Of a stretch of DNA of 64,000 bases, positions 60,571 through 64,000 are shown in pieces. Source of the DNA: Phyllosticta citribraziliensis (lineage: Eukaryota); contig NW_027117343.1 of the NCBI RefSeq assembly GCF_038025025.1, positions 1,054,001 through 1,118,000 on the forward strand, given 5' to 3'. Every line of letters begins with the position of its first letter. Position 1 is the first letter of the stretch. Made by a program: the position numbers and the translations under genes. The notes beneath the pieces were generated by a model. The model did not search any database. It worked only from the letters and a program-made list of their open reading frames with translations, and was not told the DNA's origin.

Positions 60571-60605
60571 GTCTCTTCAGGGGGTCAGAAGTCTCTTCAG
60601 GGGGT
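60571..60605. repeat. 15-nt direct repeat gtctcttcagggggt x2 with 5-nt spacer
   Basis: Copies at 60571-60585 and 60591-60605. Confidence 0.8.
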
Positions 60606-62042
60606 GGCCGCATACGGGAGGCGACATTGATGGTACCGGATCTTAGACTACAGACCGGCTGTCTGACGCACGCAGCAGAGGCGATCGTATTTGATCATCG
60701 TACGAGAGGGCTCATAGCCTCGAGAAACCAGGCACGGCCAAGGGAGCAAAATCTGAATCATCAAGTTGACAGAGGATGCGCGCGCGACGATGGAGTCGTA
60801 GCTACATTTACCTAGGCTACCTCAGCTCGATGGCAAGCGCCGCGCATGGTTCTGGACTAACAATGTAATTACGGACTGGCAGCGCACGACTCGATTCCAG
60901 TGTAGAAACAGTCCACTCCATCACTGTACGCTGTTCGTTTTAGTCCCACCACCAACGCCAAGAGCAAATGCCCTCTCCATCGCGTGTTGGCATATATACG
61001 CGCCGGCATAGTTTCGCGGAAGACTCGATGTTAGGTATTGAAGTGAAGCATAGCCTGAAGCAAGGAGGGACGGCATCTTCAAGGCATAAGAGCGAGGCAA
61101 AGGCAAGCTGGCGAGCGAGGGAAATGGGTCGAGTATATAAGGTCAATTGAGCTGGACCAGGAATGAACGAATAACATCGGACGACGACCTGAGGGCAGCT
61201 TGAACTGTGACGGAGAAGCGCAAGGCGAAGTCGGGGTGAGGTGAGGTGTGAGATGACGAGGGAGGGGCGCGTCGCACACGTGCCGTCGCTTAGCTCCTCT
61301 GTCGCTGGGAGCCAGAGCAGCCCGCTGCAAGCCTTCCTGCTCTGCCCTGCCCTGCCCTGCCCTGCCCCAAAACACGAACGACCTGACCGACGACTCGACA
61401 AAGTCTTCGCAACCCGCGCGTCCCTCACAAAGCTTCGCACAAGCAGAGCAGCCCGCCGCCATGGCGCCGCATCGCAGGTCGATTTGCTCGAGCACCGTCC
61501 GGTCAGGTCATAATGGGAGTCCCCGCCGTCTTTTCCGGGGCGGCCTTCGGTTCCCCGTGACTGAGGTCCGGGTGACGTCTCGCCGGCCAAGGCTCTAATC
61601 CCGACGCGGCAAGGCGCCGTTTTCTAGCCCAGTGCAGGTCGGTCATCGGTACTGGCAGCCAGTGCAGTGCGTTTCTCGCCGCGACTTGCTGCGTGTGTGA
61701 AGTTGCCCGCACGCAGACTCGACCACGCCCTCCACTGCCACCCCTCCTACTGTACCGTACCTTACCGCTGCTCTCTGGCCTCCTCCGCTCAACTGCCCTC
61801 GAATCCGCAACGAGAATGCCCTCTGCTGGCTGCCTCGCCGTCCCTGTCTCGCCAATCCTCCTCTCTCTTTGAAGCTCCGCCGCCCTCCCGCCGCCAGTTT
61901 CTCGCGCGACTCCGCACACTCGACTCCACCCACCTCGCAGCCCCAACCCTCTTATCCTCCTCCCTCGACTCTGTCTGCGTCCATACCAGCTGTCCGTTCG
62001 ACTGTGCATTGATTCCCGCTTCTCTAGCTCCCGAATTGCACC

Positions 62043-64000
62043 ATGACGCTTCGCCGCTCCTCGCGCGCTCCACCGCCCGCCCACAGCAATTCGTCCTCGT
62101 CCCTCTCCTCTCGCGATCGCACAACCCGTTCCAACAACAAGGCTTCCTCTCCCCACAAGTCGGCCTCTCCGGCCTCGCTCTCGTCAGAGGAGGGTGACGA
62201 CGCCGCTCGTCATCGTCACAGCGAAGAGCCCCACACTCGACGCCGAACACGCGCCCAAGACATTGAAGAAGACGAGGCTGCCAAAATGGATGAGGACCTC
62301 GACGATGACGTCGGCGACGATGAGGAAGAGACCACTCGCTGCATTTGCGGCTATCAGGAGTACCCAGGGCCGCCGTCAGATGACGAGCATCTGGCCGTCG
62401 GTTCCGATCTCCAAGCCGAAGATGTCGGTGGTCTCTTCATCCAGTGCGACAAATGCAAAGTCTGGCAACACGGTGGCTGCGTCGGCATCATGGAGGAGAA
62501 GGCTGTTCCCGAAAACTACTTTTGCGAGGAGTGCCGGAAGGATCTGCACAAACTCCTGTCAAGTCCCAAAGGGTACGTGGATATATCGACCTTTCTCACT
62601 CTTCAACTGCAACCCAAACACCGTGTCTGCATCCGCTGGCGAGCGTCGCTGCTCTTTGCTACACTCCAGGTGGGGCGGTATCGCGGACGCGGCTATGCAG
62701 GCGCCACCGGCGCCTATGGAAACACTCTGCTCAATGAAGTATCCCGGACTGTTGGACGGCTTGTTGACAACGTGGACATCCAGGCAAAAGTACTCCCACT
62801 ACATTCCCGTCGTCGGCGACAAGCAGCCTCCCAAGGCAAACGTTCGCAAGGGCTCCATTTCCAAAGAGCACGAGCCGAAGGGCCCCAGGGACAAGGAAAA
62901 GTCGAGAGCAAGCGTCGAGGCCCATACAAAGCGCCGTTCGACCATGAACAGTCGCGCGGCATACGATGACGACGAAGTCTTGCGCAAAGTCATCGAAGAA
63001 AGCAAAGGCGAGGGGGGCGCTGCAGAGCCCGAGACCAACAGCCGCAAGGGCAAGAGGACTCGGGACGAAAGCGAAGAGTAAGTTTGGCCAGTTCCGACCC
63101 GCTCTCAAATCCAATTGAGACCCGCTGACCGTGTTGTGCCATTGGCAGTGCGAAGCAAGGCATCAAGAGACAGAGGACCGGCTCTGGATCCTCTAGTTCT
63201 CCCGCGCCTTCGGAAATGGCCGAGTCGGAGGAAGAGGGTCGTTCCAAGTCCAATTCGACAAGCCAAAAGCAGAAGCCCCGAGGAGCTGCTGCAAGGAGCC
63301 AGCAAGAGCGTCTGCTCCGAGAGCAGAAGGAGAGGGAAAAGGAGCGCGCAGATTCCGTCGGGAAGAGAAAAGGTCGCGCGGAACGGAGGCGGGCCGAAGG
63401 TTAGCTGCTGGAAGCTTTTGCTCTTGGGAACAAGGTTGACCGGATGACAGAATCAATAGAGGCCCCGCCCGTTGGAGAAATCCGAGAAGAAACGGATCGA
63501 CACGAGTCTGAGAATCCTATAAATCAAACTCGCGATAATACTTCGTCGGCTCCTCCGCCACCATCGAGAAAAGGGAACAAGGCGGGTGGTCCGAGGCGCG
63601 GGGGCAATCGCGTCGGACGCAACCAATACACCCGAGACCGAGACAATCCTGCCAACGACAAGGCAGCATCTCCTCATCGCACTGGCTCCCGCGGCCTCAG
63701 GGACAAAGGGGACGAGGAATCGCATGCCAACGGAGCCGAAGCGTCAGCAAACGGAAGCGGTAGCGACGCTCCAATCGCTGCGCGAGGCCATAAAAACAAG
63801 AAGTCGGGCCTGTCGAAGATTGATAAGATTAGTTGGAAGGACATGAACGGCACAGCATCGCACATGCTGGAGTATATCTCGCGTGTCCAGGTTGAGATGG
63901 CCAGCGAGAAGACCAACACAACCAGCTCGGCCATGGCCGTGGTCAAGACTTTTCAGGTGATGAACGGCGAGAGCGGAAGCGGCTCAGACGGCAACGCGTC
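62043..64000 (+). CDS. CTI6: PHD-finger protein, Cti6-like subunit of the Rpd3L histone deacetylase complex (3' truncated by window)
   Basis: Exons 62043-62572, 62784-63077, 63149-63399, 63451->64000. PHD finger TRCICG..FIQCDKCKVWQHGGCVGI..YFCEEC, then KRRSTMNSRAAYDDDEVLRKVIEESK, GRNQYTRD and MLEYISRVQVEMA. Confidence 0.9.

Overview
Eukaryotic genomic DNA from a filamentous ascomycete (Pezizomycotina; Dothideomycete-like is a guess from style). It has short GT..AG introns with CTRAY branch points, C-rich 5' and G-rich 3' gene ends, and many antisense shadow ORFs. I rebuilt about 20 protein-coding genes by hand. In order: two tandem BTB/POZ plus zinc-ribbon paralogs, a CE1 acetylxylan esterase, a DUF2985-type membrane protein, an annexin, a small disordered protein, OCH1, and a biuret/guanylurea-hydrolase-like cysteine hydrolase divergent from a GPR1/FUN34/YaaH transporter. 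Next come a single-TM protein, two low-complexity proteins (one His-rich), a non-canonical velvet-like protein, and a DIP5-like permease convergent with a PTS1-bearing FAD oxidoreductase. The last part holds another small disordered protein, a GH10 xylanase with a basic tail, a DHA1 MFS transporter, an APH-like kinase convergent with a permuted-papain-like protein, and a Cti6-like PHD gene that runs off the right end. I recognised no tRNA, rRNA, CRISPR array or intact transposon. The best candidates for undescribed biology are the GATA-rich hydrolase/transporter pair with an altered BiuH active site, the orphan velvet-like factor, the BTB-zinc-ribbon tandem and the kinase/cysteine-peptidase pair. 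Family names come from motif recognition, not database searches.
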